Source: Tubiluchus corallicola
Lineage: Eukaryota; Animalia; Priapulida
Direction of reading: 5' to 3'
NCBI GenBank assembly: GCA_030141605.1
Contig: JAQGDQ010001504.1
Location: 1-37,722, forward strand
Length of the DNA stretch: 37,722 nt
How positions within the stretch are numbered: position 1 is the first letter of the stretch; each line of letters opens with the position of its first letter. The notes under the pieces were generated by a model. It was not told the DNA's origin and did not search any database. It saw nothing but the letters and a program-made list of their open reading frames with translations. Made by a program: the position numbers and the translations under genes. Below are positions 1-11,569 of this stretch, one piece after another.

Positions 1-375
1 TAGACATATACATAGACAAAGACATACATATACACATAAACATAGACATACACATACACATAGAGATAGACATGGACATAGACATACACATAGACATAGA
101 CATAGACACATAGACATAGACATACACATAGACATAGACATACACATAGACACATAGACATAGACATACACATAGACATAGACACATAGACATAGACATA
201 GACAGAGACACATAGACATAGACATAGACATAGACATCATGCATATACACATAGACATAGACATTGACATAATAGACACATAGACATAGACATTCACATT
301 GACATAGACTTAGACATAAACATAGACTCATAGACATAGACATAGACACATAGACATAAACATAGACATAGACGT
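1..375. repeat. (ACATAG)n hexamer microsatellite, possibly the tail of a minus-strand non-LTR element
   Basis: Degenerate ACATAG/ACACATAG array followed by tttatt (AATAAA on minus). Confidence 0.85.
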
Positions 376-1091
376 AGAACATTTATTTTCTCCAGTTAGT
401 TTAATGTCAAAAGTTTTTTAAATATTAAGTAATTATAATCATGGAGCAGAACAGGGAAGGACCATAGGGTCATCTAGTCTCCTGCCCTTTGTTATAAATA
501 GATTAGTATATTAAAAATTAACGGTGATGCTGCAGATAACAAAAACAAAAACAAATAAGAAAAAAATAATAATAAAAACAGTATAAATGATACAAATTAT
601 CCAAAATGAACTGAAAACAAAAAATAATAAAGTTGGATACCTAAATCTAAACAAAACAATACAATTATTCAGTAATTAGGATTATTATATGTAGCAGTTT
701 CAAATGGGGTCTTATTAACAGGGGAAAATTTTACCAAGGTTAGGGTACGTTTTTGCCAGATCTAGTCATTAGTCATAAGTCATAAGTCATTTATTTCATC
801 TTACACATTTACAATAGTTTCATGTACAATATCTAGTGAAAGGGCCTACAATGGATATAATACAAATAAGAAATACTGCACAGGAAAAGCCTCATACACT
901 GTTCACTTATATACGAAGGTAAATGTGTTGCGGGTAATCAAAAAGCAGGGCTTGTTAGATTGTCCCACACAGTAAAAGAAAAAAAGTAATAGTAATAGTC
1001 TGAAAATTTAAAGTGAATCGTATAGTAAAAAAACATTAGTGCTTAAAATGGAATGATGTAATGAATGAAGCTCATATATGAGATGATATAA

Positions 1092-1104
1092 AGATAGAAA
1101 GAGA

Positions 1105-1170
<66 letters not shown>

Positions 1171-1206
1171 GAGTGAGAGAGAGAGAGAGAGAGTGAGAGA
1201 GAGAAA

Positions 1207-1249
<43 letters not shown>

Positions 1250-1430
1250 AGAGAAAGAGAAAGAGAGAGAGAGAAGCAAAGAGAGAGAGAGAGAGAAATA
1301 GAGAAACAGATAGAAAGAGAAACAAAGAGAGAGAGAATGAGAAAGAGAGATACAAAGAGAGAGAGAAACAAAGAGAGAGAAAGAGAAACAAAGAGAGAGA
1401 GAGAGAAACAAAGAGAGAGAGAGAGATACA
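1092..1430. repeat. (AG)n microsatellite, degenerate
   Basis: Direct reading. Confidence 0.97.
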
Positions 1431-2691
1431 AAGATTACTTATGAGCAAGAAATGTACTAGTTTTGCTTAGATCTAATCATAAGAACATCAAAGCAGTTTT
1501 GGAAACACAACAAAGATTAAGAGACCTTTATTTTGCACAAAAGAAAAAAAACATTTGCGTGCTTGAAAACCAAACCCATTCATAGTCCATAAGTCAGCAT
1601 AGTTAAAACTACGTTATGATGCTTCACAGTAGAAAGTACTGTCAAGGACTTTTGTTTGTTAAATTACCAAAATAGCCTGTTCTTACTTGTAAGGTGGCGA
1701 CATCTGGCTTCAATATTTGCATCCTAGTCAATTTCCGGTCATTCAAGTTTCAATGTGTTCAAGTGATGACGTGTTTCTGTGTAACTCACGATTTAATGCC
1801 AACGATGTATGTAAATTTTATTTAGTTATTTACTGTAAGTCTCTCATTAATTTCATTTAATCGTAATCGATCTTTTGATAAGAAATGAATTAGTTTATTA
1901 AAGGAAATTATATATCTCGTTTCAGATAAAATATATAATTTTGGGTAATGGCATCTCAGTGTCAGATATGAAGTAAATGACGAAGGGGCATGTGATGTGA
2001 AGATAGTATGCAAACAATAAACTATTATGCTAAGCAATAAATGATGACTTTGTTTGTCACCGTAAAGCCCAAACAAGTACCTAAAATTTGTTTATATGTC
2101 AATTTCTTGCTTTTTATAAAAACGAACGCTAAATATATTAGGCTTTTATATTCTAGCATCAAATTATCAAGAAAATGTTCAAGAAATACTAAAAATCTAA
2201 TTTTATAACCAAGTACCCACTTTTCTGCCTAGAAACTAGTACTACAATTCTAAAAAGAACTGTATTTTCAAACTCTAATAGCAGCTCGTAGAAGCATTCA
2301 TTTCGCTTCGAACCGAGATGTGTGCAGTTGCTAAGTGTTTTGTAGAAATGCGACAAAAACAGCGATTTTCTCAGCTTACAAATAACATAGAGCACATAAC
2401 ATAATAAAATGATCCTCATGAAATGGAGATTCAGGAGAAGTGACAAAAAACAATGGCTGAGTTTAGCAGCGATTTTCTCAAGATTATGTTTTTCAATGTG
2501 CAGCCTGCACCTCAATTTTAACGTGGATTATCTCAGCTTTGAAACAACATAGAGTGATGAACTTGGTATCAAAATGATCTTCGTGAAATGGGGATTCCGG
2601 ATATGTGAATAACTAGAAAAGCTTAACTGCTGACCTATGGACGATTTTGCTATGCAAGCACACATTTCATATAAAATATGCAACCATATAC

Positions 2692-2796
2692 CTAATTGTG
2701 CGAGATTCGCTAATGCCAGGTACATGAACTCGAATGTACACGTTACCCGAACTGCCTTCACATCCAGCTGTTGTGCATCGATACTTTGCACTTTGC
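2692..2796 (-). CDS. MCMDC2: MCMDC2 exon QSAKYRCTTAGCEGSSGNVYIRVHVPGISESRTI(R)
   Basis: ttgcag|105 nt|gtatat, phase 2-2; YIRVHVPG.ES.TIR motif matches MCMDC2. Confidence 0.92.
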
Positions 2797-2966
2797 CTGC
2801 AAAATTAAACGAAATTTAACTCTAAGCTGAAGCCAATTAAACAGCAAAACTAAACAAAATCACCAAAAATGCAACATGACTTACAACTTCAGCTAAAAAT
2901 CAGTTGCCAATATTAAATAAATTTAAAAGAACGCTACTGATAAAATTTAGACAAAAAGATAATTAC

Positions 2967-3074
2967 GTATACTTAGTAGCAGTTGTAATGCTGCAGACGA
3001 TACCCTCATACCGATAAAATCGCAGCTGGTCCGGCTGTCGAATTGGAAACTTGGCAACATCCTTGATAACGTAC
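2967..3074 (-). CDS. MCMDC2: MCMDC2 exon YVIKDVAKFPIRQPDQLRFYRYEGIVCSITTATKY(T)
   Basis: cag|108 nt|gtaatt, phase 2-2; matches RFYMMQGIVIAMTTITKYT. Confidence 0.9.
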
Positions 3075-3174
3075 CTGCTATGCGAAACGCGAAAGCAATC
3101 ATAAAGAAAATTATGGTAGCAATGATAAAAATAAAATATCTTCTACTCCATTGTAGTTGTATAAAATATATATA

Positions 3175-3640
<466 letters not shown>

Positions 3641-3794
3641 GTACAATCAATATACAAATATACATGTGTTAAATAACAATAACAATATAACTAACACATT
3701 TAGCTTTTAAATTTACATTTTCAATGCAAAATCAAAATTATAAAAAAAATTCCTTGCATCAGCTACAACAAGACATAAAATCTAATGTACCTAC

Positions 3795-3898
3795 TCAGCA
3801 GAGTTTGGCAAATCAGTAAGACGCACGATTGCCTGTATCTGGCCAAGTGACAGAGGAAGATCCAACAGATTTAGACTTCGAATTACATCGTAAATTAC
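3795..3898 (-). CDS. MCMDC2: MCMDC2 exon VIYDVIRSLNLLDLPLSLGQIQAIVRLTDLPNSA(E)
   Basis: ttttag|104 nt|gtaggt, phase 0-2; matches ...QINIVLKLTHLP. Confidence 0.85.
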
Positions 3899-4020
3899 CT
3901 AAAAGATTAAAAGATCTTAATGTAATAATTATTCTGTTTATTGTGGTAGTTTTGTTACATTTTTAAACAGAATCACTTGTAAATAGAAGCTGTGGAAGAT
4001 ACAGTCATTCAACTATCATT

Positions 4021-4313
4021 GACCAGACGGTTTAGTCTAGTAATGCGTCTGCTTTCCGTCTGGGAGGTCGTGAGTTCGAACCAGCGGCCGGTCATATCAA
4101 AGACTTTAAGAATGGTACCTGCTTTGCCCTGCCTGACGCGTGGTATTTAGGGTAAAACTGGGGTAATAATAGTCTCTGTTATGTAGTTGTAGGTTGTTAT
4201 TTACAGTCGGCGCTAATAGCTTTTTGAGCTAATGTTAATTGTTGACCCAAAAGCCGACTTTAAATAAAGATTATTATTATTATTATTATTATTTTATTAT
4301 TATTATTATTATT
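4021..4313 (+). mobile_element. tRNA-derived SINE with Meta-like central domain, copy 1
   Basis: A-box-like TTTAGTCTAG, B box GTTCGAACC, GGTCATAYCAAAGACTTTAARAATGGTACCTGC core, AATAAA plus (ATT)n tail; two more copies in window. Confidence 0.88.
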
Positions 4314-4364
4314 AACATTTGTTGAACACAAAATGCAGAGTAATTTCAGATTATTAAATCATAC

Positions 4365-4423
4365 CTCTTGAGCAAGTTCTGTTCCAAACGTTGGTTGATT
4401 TATCAGCAAGTTACACAGTTCCG
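4365..4423 (-). CDS. MCMDC2: MCMDC2 exon (A)ELCNLLINQPTFGTELAQE
   Basis: tttag|59 nt|gtatga, phase 1-0; matches AELGNHILHQPLKAAEVFQS. Confidence 0.85.
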
Positions 4424-4680
4424 CTAAATTGATAAAAAAATAGTAAAAGAAAAATGCAAGCTTTACTTTTCACTAAATGTGATGATCATGATGATGATAC
4501 TTATCATCAAAATGATGCTCAAACACGTTTAATTTAATTATCAATCCAATCTTAACTATGAATTAAATTTTACAAAAATACGCAAGAATTAAAATGACAT
4601 TCACTATGAATTCTTGGCAACAAAAAATAGTAATTAATAAATTGAAATATAAATAATGGACAAAATATAAATATGGACTC

Positions 4681-5230
4681 GTTTATGGGCCATATCACGT
4701 TGAAATATTCTCGTCTGATCACAAAAGTTAAGCAACGTAAAGCCTGGTTAGTACTTGGATGGGTGACGGCCTAGGAATACCAGGTGCTGTAGGCTTGCGG
4801 GATGACCACACTGTATCTCGACACTAGGCGGAGGAGCTGCACAAGCAGCCAATGGCTAGAGAGCGGAGGAGGTCAAGTGATCCATTGGCCATGTGTAGAG
4901 GAGTAAACTTTCCAAATCAGGAGTGGAGCCCCGAAGGCGGACCAGTGCAGCATGCTCACTGACTCCGGCAGCTCCTGCAGCTAACCTGGTGCCAAACGTA
5001 TCGCTCCGCTTTCCTTTGGACTTCACCAGCGAGGAATTGAGGGGGTTCCTGTTGTCTGGGCAACTCAGGATCTCCATACACCTTGCCCAGCCGTGCACCC
5101 TGGAGACGTTCAAAGATCGCACTGCTCAGCCACAGTCGGCACTGCAGCTCCAACAATGTGATCAATAACTGACTCTCTTGGCGCACACTCCATTGTCTTC
5201 CGAGACAGAAGGATGCCAACAACAAAACAA
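4681..5230 (+). mobile_element. 5S rRNA-headed element (SINE3-like) with RTE-derived body and tail
   Basis: 4681-4796 follows 5S rRNA (GTTAAGCAACG..GCCTGGTTAGTACTTGGATGGGTGAC..GAATACCAGGTGCTGTAGGCTT) with no T-run terminator; body recurs inverted at 33698-34104; tail encodes SKIALLSHSRHCSS like an RTE ORF2 end and finishes (CAA)n. Confidence 0.85.
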
Positions 5231-5769
5231 TGGATGGACAATAAGTATAAGAACAGTTAGCTACACACATGCAAAATAGATTTCAGACTAGTTAACACAG
5301 CCTTTGTTTGTAATAAGGGACTAAAGCACGGATTCGTTTCCGACAATTCATCAATGACACAGTACAAAGCTCCAGGTTCAAACCCTACTCAAGGTGTAAA
5401 TATTGGGCCACTCATTCAGAATGTAAATGTTCAATCCCCGAATTTCAGCAAACACTACCAACATTTAATTTTAAGTTATTAGAATTCTATGAGATTCTAT
5501 GCGATTCTTACCAGCCCATTGTCTACTTCTTTAGAGCATAGGTAATCTTTTGGGCAGGCAAGTCTGTTATATTAACAAACTTATCACTTTATATACTAGT
5601 TGTAAGCAGTCAATGAAAATGGTGGTGGCAAGACTGGTACCCAGGTAAGTATGAAGTGACATGTAAAACCGGCAGAACATTTCAGCCATACTGGAGATTT
5701 GGGATGTATATGCACCCTTCCTCAATGAGGTACAGTCAATGGAAGAACAGCAGATGAAACTGCCTAGAA

Positions 5770-5827
5770 CCAGTTTCCTGGTGGCCATCCATCCATTTTC
5801 TGACCAGTATTTGTATTAGTTAACTTT
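5770..5827 (-). pseudogene. Highly diverged 5S-derived fragment (old SINE3 head?)
   Basis: ttcctggtggccatccatccattttctgaccag...ttaactt aligns by eye with the reverse complement of the 5S box A-C region. Confidence 0.35.
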
Positions 5828-6219
5828 AGAAACTAAGCACATACAATCTACTCAGCTGTTCTGCTTGCTTACAGAAAAATTAAAGTCTTTACCATATTAA
5901 GTTAGTGATTGTAGATGAGAATGTAAAAATTTGTCATCCAAATGTAGAATGCTTAAAAATTTGTAGTTTCAACATTTGAAAAGCTTATGAATAAGAAAGC
6001 ACCCTAATAATTGCAAATATTATAATGAAGTGTTGCAATTGTGTAAGCTCAACTCAGAAGTATTTTTTACTGTGACTAAATGAACATTTTTTATTGGCAA
6101 CTTTTTTAACCTTTGTAAAATGTTGCTGTTTCTGAAAAGTAGAAAATTTTATGCTATGAAATGTTCTAATTCTGCTATCCCTGCTAAAAATTGTAAATAT
6201 TAATTTCATGGTCAATAAA

Positions 6220-6400
6220 CTACTACCTACTGCTGCTGCTGCTGCTGCTAATACTGCTACTGCTACTGCTACTACTACTACCTACTGCTGCTGCTACTGC
6301 TACTGCTACTGCTACAACTTCTACCTACTGCTATTACTGCTACTGCTGCTACTGCTGCTACTGCTACTACTGCTACTACAACCACTACCACTACCACATC
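6220..6400. repeat. (CTA/CTG)n trinucleotide microsatellite
   Basis: Direct reading. Confidence 0.95.
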
Positions 6401-6452
6401 ACTAAATATTATGTATTAGATAACTTGTAACCAGGTTCTGTCAAGCAAGTCT

Positions 6453-6804
6453 GTTTTGCACTTACCATTGTCTTGAATTAGATCTAATGGAGAAACGTTT
6501 TGCACTTACCATTGTCTTGAATTAGATCTAATGGAGAAATGTTTTGCACTTACCATTGTCTTGAATTAAATCTAATGGAGAAATGTTTTGCACTTACCAT
6601 TGTCTTGAATTAGATCTAATGGAGAAACGTTTTGCACTTACCATTGTCTTGAATTAGATCTAATGGAGAAACGTTTTGCACTTACCATTGTCTTGAATTA
6701 GATCTAATGGAGAAACGTTTTGCACTTACCATTGTCTTGAATTAGATCTAACGGAGAACTGTTTTGCACTTACCATTGTCTTGAATTAGATCTAATGGAG
6801 AAAC
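6453..6804. repeat. 8 x 44-bp tandem repeat made of the MCMDC2 exon end plus splice donor
   Basis: Unit gttttgcacttaccattgtcttgaattagatctaatggagaaac starts at 6453, 6497, 6541, 6585, 6629, 6673, 6717, 6761. Confidence 0.97.
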
Positions 6805-6834
6805 GTACACTACGAATCTATAAACAGCATTGTC
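6774..6834 (-). CDS. MCMDC2: MCMDC2 exon DNAVYRFVVYVSPLDLIQDN
   Basis: tttcag|61 nt|gtaagt, phase 0-1; matches YAVYRFKILINPSDVVELD. Confidence 0.88.
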
Positions 6835-7002
6835 CTGAAAAGAACATACAACGTAGGATTAGAACCCAAGACTCACAGTTTACTGATTCTCTTATGCCAT
6901 ATACTAATTTGCAGCTAAGCTACAGTAATAAAACAAAATCTAAACATGAAATTGAAGACAACAAGAAATAACTGATTAGTATAATAATCTACTTTTCTCT
7001 AC

Positions 7003-7152
7003 CTTGCAATTTTGAGCAGAAAGGTTTTGTCTGTACACTTCACACTGATTTATAATCTCTTGCAAGCCACTTGTCTTGTCCAAATAAGCTAGCAGTGACA
7101 GATTACATAACGGTACAGTCTCCTTAATGTCTTGGTTTGAAGCAGCAGACAT
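7003..7152 (-). CDS. MCMDC2: MCMDC2 first identified coding exon MSAASNQDIKETVPLCNLSLLAYLDKTSGLQEIINQCEVYRQNLSAQNCK
   Basis: ATG at 7150-7152, 50 codons, gtagag donor; LAYLDKTSGLQEIINQC resembles recalled MCMDC2 LIYLDRSGGLQKFIDDC; possible acceptor just upstream at ~7167. Confidence 0.82.
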
Positions 7153-7339
7153 GTGTCATACAGGCTCTATCACATAATCAATAAAATTTATACTAAAGGC
7201 ACATTAACAAGTAAGTCTGCTTTAAACTGCAAGTTAGTTTAAACATAATTTATTATAGGATTGGATCAGACAGTTTGAACAACATGATTTAGGATCATCA
7301 CCATAACAGACTTTATACACTATTTACAAGAACATTTAC

Positions 7340-7394
7340 AAGACTCATTCACAACGGTGACCCCGCATAGGGAAAAACTGGGAAGAAGAAGAAG
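7340..7394 (+). mobile_element. Short 5'-truncated RTE 3' tail
   Basis: Near-identical to ~11962-12016, ends (GAA)n. Confidence 0.85.
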
Positions 7395-9385
7395 CTCAAG
7401 TGAGTGAGCCAGTGCCCAAGTGTTTGAATGGTCATGCCTAATTTGTCCCCAGTAGAGAATAGAAAGTCATACCCACCAACCAAAATTGTGACTAAACCCA
7501 AAACTTCCATATGCAGGAAAACCTTTGCAGATGCACCTAAAAAGTTTTTAGTTATATGTCACAGGTCAAAAATCAAAGTGCCATACCAAGTTTTGCTAAG
7601 TATTTAACTTTCAAGTAGTTTGAAGATCAAAATGTCTAAGACTGCGCATCTCGTATCGATAATCCCCGACGAGAATAGTTGTTTCGTTTTACCAAAATGC
7701 AAGATACGTATTTGTTTTGTTGTCTGGTACTTTTACCAACGTACAGTTTAATAACAAAATCAACACACTATAGTCTATTTAGTGTTATCCTATTTACTGA
7801 GCAGATATCCATTGGTGTAATATTGAACACACACTTTCGTAACAAGTTGTAAGCCCAAAGAAAGTATACGAGCACAGATTCTTGCTAGAAAAAATACCTT
7901 ACAAAAAGGAACAAAGAGCAAATAATAAACAAGATCGTCATTATGACATAATTATATCAGGACATTACATCGTCCACCTTTTGCCGACAAACAGTACGTT
8001 TTTTGCTACTCTTCACATTAAAGTATCTTTCAAAATTAGAGATATTCCACTGAGGTCGTTTCGTGTAAAATCTATCCATCAGGGCAATCTATCTACCCTG
8101 GTTTCTTTAATGGTTGAATTGGTTAAATAATAAGCTTTAATAAGTGGACTGTCTCCATGTGATCTCAAAGCATGACCCATACGGTCAATCAATCAATTTA
8201 TTTCACTCCAGCAATAAAAATACAATACATCAACATACGGTTAAGTCTTCTGCGTTTTATCTTCCTGATTCATTTTTCTCCCTATAACTTTTGGCCATTT
8301 TTCTCCCTATTACTTATAACTTTTGGCCATTTTATCTGCAATAATGATTTGTATAAAAGTCGCTACATTTTTGTATTCAAAGCGTTCGCCAGTAAAGCAA
8401 AAAGTAGGCAAGCGAGTTTATCTTTCGCGAGTCCGCAAAGTGTCTTGTAAAGTACCTTCAAGCAAGCCAAAAGCACATGGCCTCAAGGCGCAAAAACGCT
8501 CAAGCAGATACATGGGAAATGTCTTTTCATGATATTTGGCCTCGAGTCTTAGTGGTCGGCAGACCACTAACCATAGGTCATGTAGTACATTGGTTACTAT
8601 TATTATCATTTTATTTATTATTATTATTATTATTATTATCATCAACTTTGGGGTCGCAGGCTAGTCCAAAAACTATTTTTAAAAAAATTAATGCTCTTTT
8701 CATGAAAACTATGCAAGTAGGTCTTGTTCCTCAGTCTCTCATTACATTATTTTGTTCTGGAAAGTGAAACAGGGTTTTCCCGCTCTAAATGCGGTAACCC
8801 AGTGCTTGATTTTCCATAAAAATGCGTGTTGTTCTGTAGTGTACACCCCCGAAAGCGGAATCGCTATTCATTTTACATCGAGTCTCCTTAGATACCTATT
8901 AAATTGCAATACTGGTTGCTAAAAAACGGGTGCAACCTCTCATGAATGAATTAATGAAATAATCGCTCATTGTTCAATAATTTCTCGAATAGTAAGTGAA
9001 AATTAATAAATGAGAACAATAACAAATCACTCATGGGGTCACGATATAGGGTTCTGGAAAGTGGTCAACGTCATCAAAAGGTGGGAACCACTGATGTAGT
9101 ATAATCCCAAAAATAATAATAACCTACATTGTGTTCAGCAATAATTACTTTTCAAGTGATAAGATCAGTTTTACCAGTTTATTTTTTTTTATTTTATTAT
9201 ACTGTAGCTGTTTAGTAGGATCTGATTCACTTTATTATAGATTTGTGTTTATTAAAGCTATTCAATTTATGAAAAGATAATTGCTTGTGGCTTAAACATA
9301 ATGAGCTCAAACAATAATGACCTGTTTTTCATAATTGTGCTGTTCTCTCATCTCAATTTTATTCTGTATTTTAAATTTATGAGAC

Positions 9386-9754
9386 TGTTGTGTTTTGTTT
9401 CTCTCGGAAGGCTCGTAGAGAAAACCAGAAAACACGCCGTCAAATAAAACTAGTTTATTTAGAGAGAATTCTACAACACAAAAGTATGAAGGAACGAGAA
9501 ACGATTATTGTAAACGTGAAAATCTGGAAAACGTTTGTGTATCTGAAAAATAATGTAAGTATACAAGAAAATGTGTAAGCATACGTTCGTGCGAGATCTG
9601 CGCGTGTCGGCAGCCTGCTTTGCCTTATATAGCGCACTAAAGAAACTTCCAGAACTAATGTTCCAGAACATTCCAGACGGTAAGGCGGTAATTCCAACAG
9701 AACATTCTACAATGTTCCATGTAATGCTAATAGATGCCAGCAATCTCCACAACA
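9386..9754 (-). mobile_element. Solo LTR
   Basis: TGTTGTG...CACAACA termini, 5-bp TSD GAGAC on both sides, minus-strand TATA (~9623-9632) and AATAAA (~9453-9458); second copy at 17960-18704. Confidence 0.85.
9641..9718. promoter_or_regulatory. Heat-shock-element (nGAAn) arrays in the LTR U3
   Basis: aGAAacTTCcaGAAc; gTTCcaGAAcaTTCc; aGAAcaTTCtacAAtgTTCc, directly upstream of the minus-strand TATA. Confidence 0.65.
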
Positions 9755-10180
9755 GAGACGCAGCTCTATCTTACTTACTAATGAATTTAAAACCATCAAA
9801 GAAAAGTCAAGTCTATAAATAAACATCAACTTGCTTTTTATTAAAGGTGTAGTAGTTCTACAGTATGACAAAATAAATCAATGAACATCACACGACAAAA
9901 AAAGAAAAGCAAGATGGCAGCTCATCACTCAAATGAAAATGGTACAAAATATACGAGACTCTTGTAAAATTGGACGGATAGTTTTTTGAAAATGACATGC
10001 TCACCTGATGTACACATTAACATTTAGATCAGTCTGTTAGACTCGATCAGGTGACCCATGTTCTAGTTGGTAAGTCATCCAGTCAGTCTCTCTATTACTC
10101 AGTTATAATCAATCAGTCATGCAATTTATCACACAGCAATTTCACCTGTGAATGATTTAGTGTTTCGCTCTATTGTATGT

Positions 10181-10518
10181 TAGGGGTGAGTATTGTCTAC
10201 CACAAGGCGAATTCGAATCGAGCTTGAAAGATTTTCGAACAAGTTTTCGAACCGCCAGTGAAAAGTGATCTTTCAAAGATCGTGCATGTTGCTCGATTTT
10301 GCTCTGCAGTAAAACCACTGATAATTTGTTTAAAATTGTGTACATAAATCATAGCTAAATTGTGCTAATTGCACGATGTTACAAACGTTTTAATGATAAC
10401 GAATGTATGTGGTTGAAGTGCTGAATCTATAATATTAGGTTCACATCGAATTCGAGCAACAAAACTCGTTCGAATCGAATTCGAATGCTCGAACTCGAAC
10501 GTTTGATGCTCACCCCTA
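10181..10518. mobile_element. Old hAT-like MITE
   Basis: TIR TAGGGGTGAG/CTCACCCCTA, internal TTCGAA motifs, decayed 8-bp flanks. Confidence 0.6.
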
Positions 10519-10757
10519 CCGTACATGCACAAACGATAATAATTTATACACGTGGAGAACAACATCACAGAGTGCTTCTGTTCGTGAAACACGTTAAAAA
10601 ATTTTAGAATTAACGGCAAATTATTCAATAAAAACAAAAATGATTCAAAATGCCAAACCTACAACACGAGTAGCCAATTTTTCGATAAGTTCTTACATCA
10701 TTCGTACAAATAATGCTAAAACGTAGTATAATTACTCTAAAGTCTAGAATTCTAGAT

Positions 10758-11190
10758 CAGGGGTGTGCAAATTATCTGACTAGCCGGGCCACATTAAACA
10801 TTCCCGCAATTCCTGTGGGCCACAGGCAGTTTGATCAAGGAGCCAAGTACAGTAGGACCTAATAACGATTTTTTTGCATCCGATTTGCGCACATCATTAC
10901 TACTGCACTACTACACTCAAGAAACTATTTTAGAAGTTATTAAAATTTATATTAAAAACCATATATTTCGTCATGTCCGACAGGGACATTAAGTGATAAT
11001 GGTCTTGTAAGGGCTAATGCCATCTCATCTAGAGGAAAAAACTACCCGCACTATCTTTGTGATATTGGCACAGACTTCAGCTGGATTGCGTGGGCCGCAC
11101 TTTCATTATGTTGACAAACCTCTTCGCGGGCCGCACAAGATCTCTCGGCGCGCCGCAAGTGGCCCGCGGACCGCAGTTTGCACACCCCTG
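10758..11190 (+). mobile_element. hAT (Charlie-like) MITE, copy 1
   Basis: TIR CAGGGGTGTGCAAA, perfect 8-bp TSD TTCTAGAT; the strand is only relative to the other copies. Confidence 0.93.
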
Positions 11191-11569
11191 TTCTAGATTG
11201 TTTTGCAAAACAGTTTAACAAACAACAAAGCGAAAAATAGTAAATATCAACAACACGTTTGCAGCTAGTGGTTGGATTTTCTGACATTAACTGGGCATAA
11301 CCAATTATGAAGAAAAAAAATTCAGAATTTTTTTAAACTGGCAGAAAACTCAAGTGCCAAAAACTTTATTTTCCAAAATTGTCTTTTGAGCAAATATATT
11401 ATAGACTATTTTACAGGCTTTTTATGCAAAAATACGAATTGAGAGCAAATTTTGCCCATCATGGAAAAACGTTTTTATTATCATCATCATCATAATAAAA
11501 ATATAATATGATGATTTCCACTCATTTCAGTTCTCTTGTAATTATATTACAATATATGGTGTTGCAAGA

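Noticed and set aside
1008-1448. Long SL/ER-repeat ORFs (also 2947-3672)
   Set aside because: Translations of (AG)n microsatellites; the real MCMDC2 exon at 2967-3074 is in a different frame
2040-2080. GDKQ peptide after an AG, resembling MCMDC2 VLGDKQ
   Set aside because: Flanking residues do not match, the intervening CxxC exon was not found and there is no suitable donor; the next exon is probably outside the window
4021-4090. tRNA gene
   Set aside because: Only A/B boxes; continues into a SINE body present three times
4681-4796. Functional 5S rRNA gene
   Set aside because: Internal deletion and substitutions, no terminator, single copy fused to a retroelement body
5567-5788. 73-aa minus-strand ORF as an extra MCMDC2 exon
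   Set aside because: Exons 2 and 3 already join in phase and colinear with homologues; no similarity recognised
6453-6804. CRISPR array
   Set aside because: No unique spacers, eukaryotic context, unit derives from an exon-intron junction
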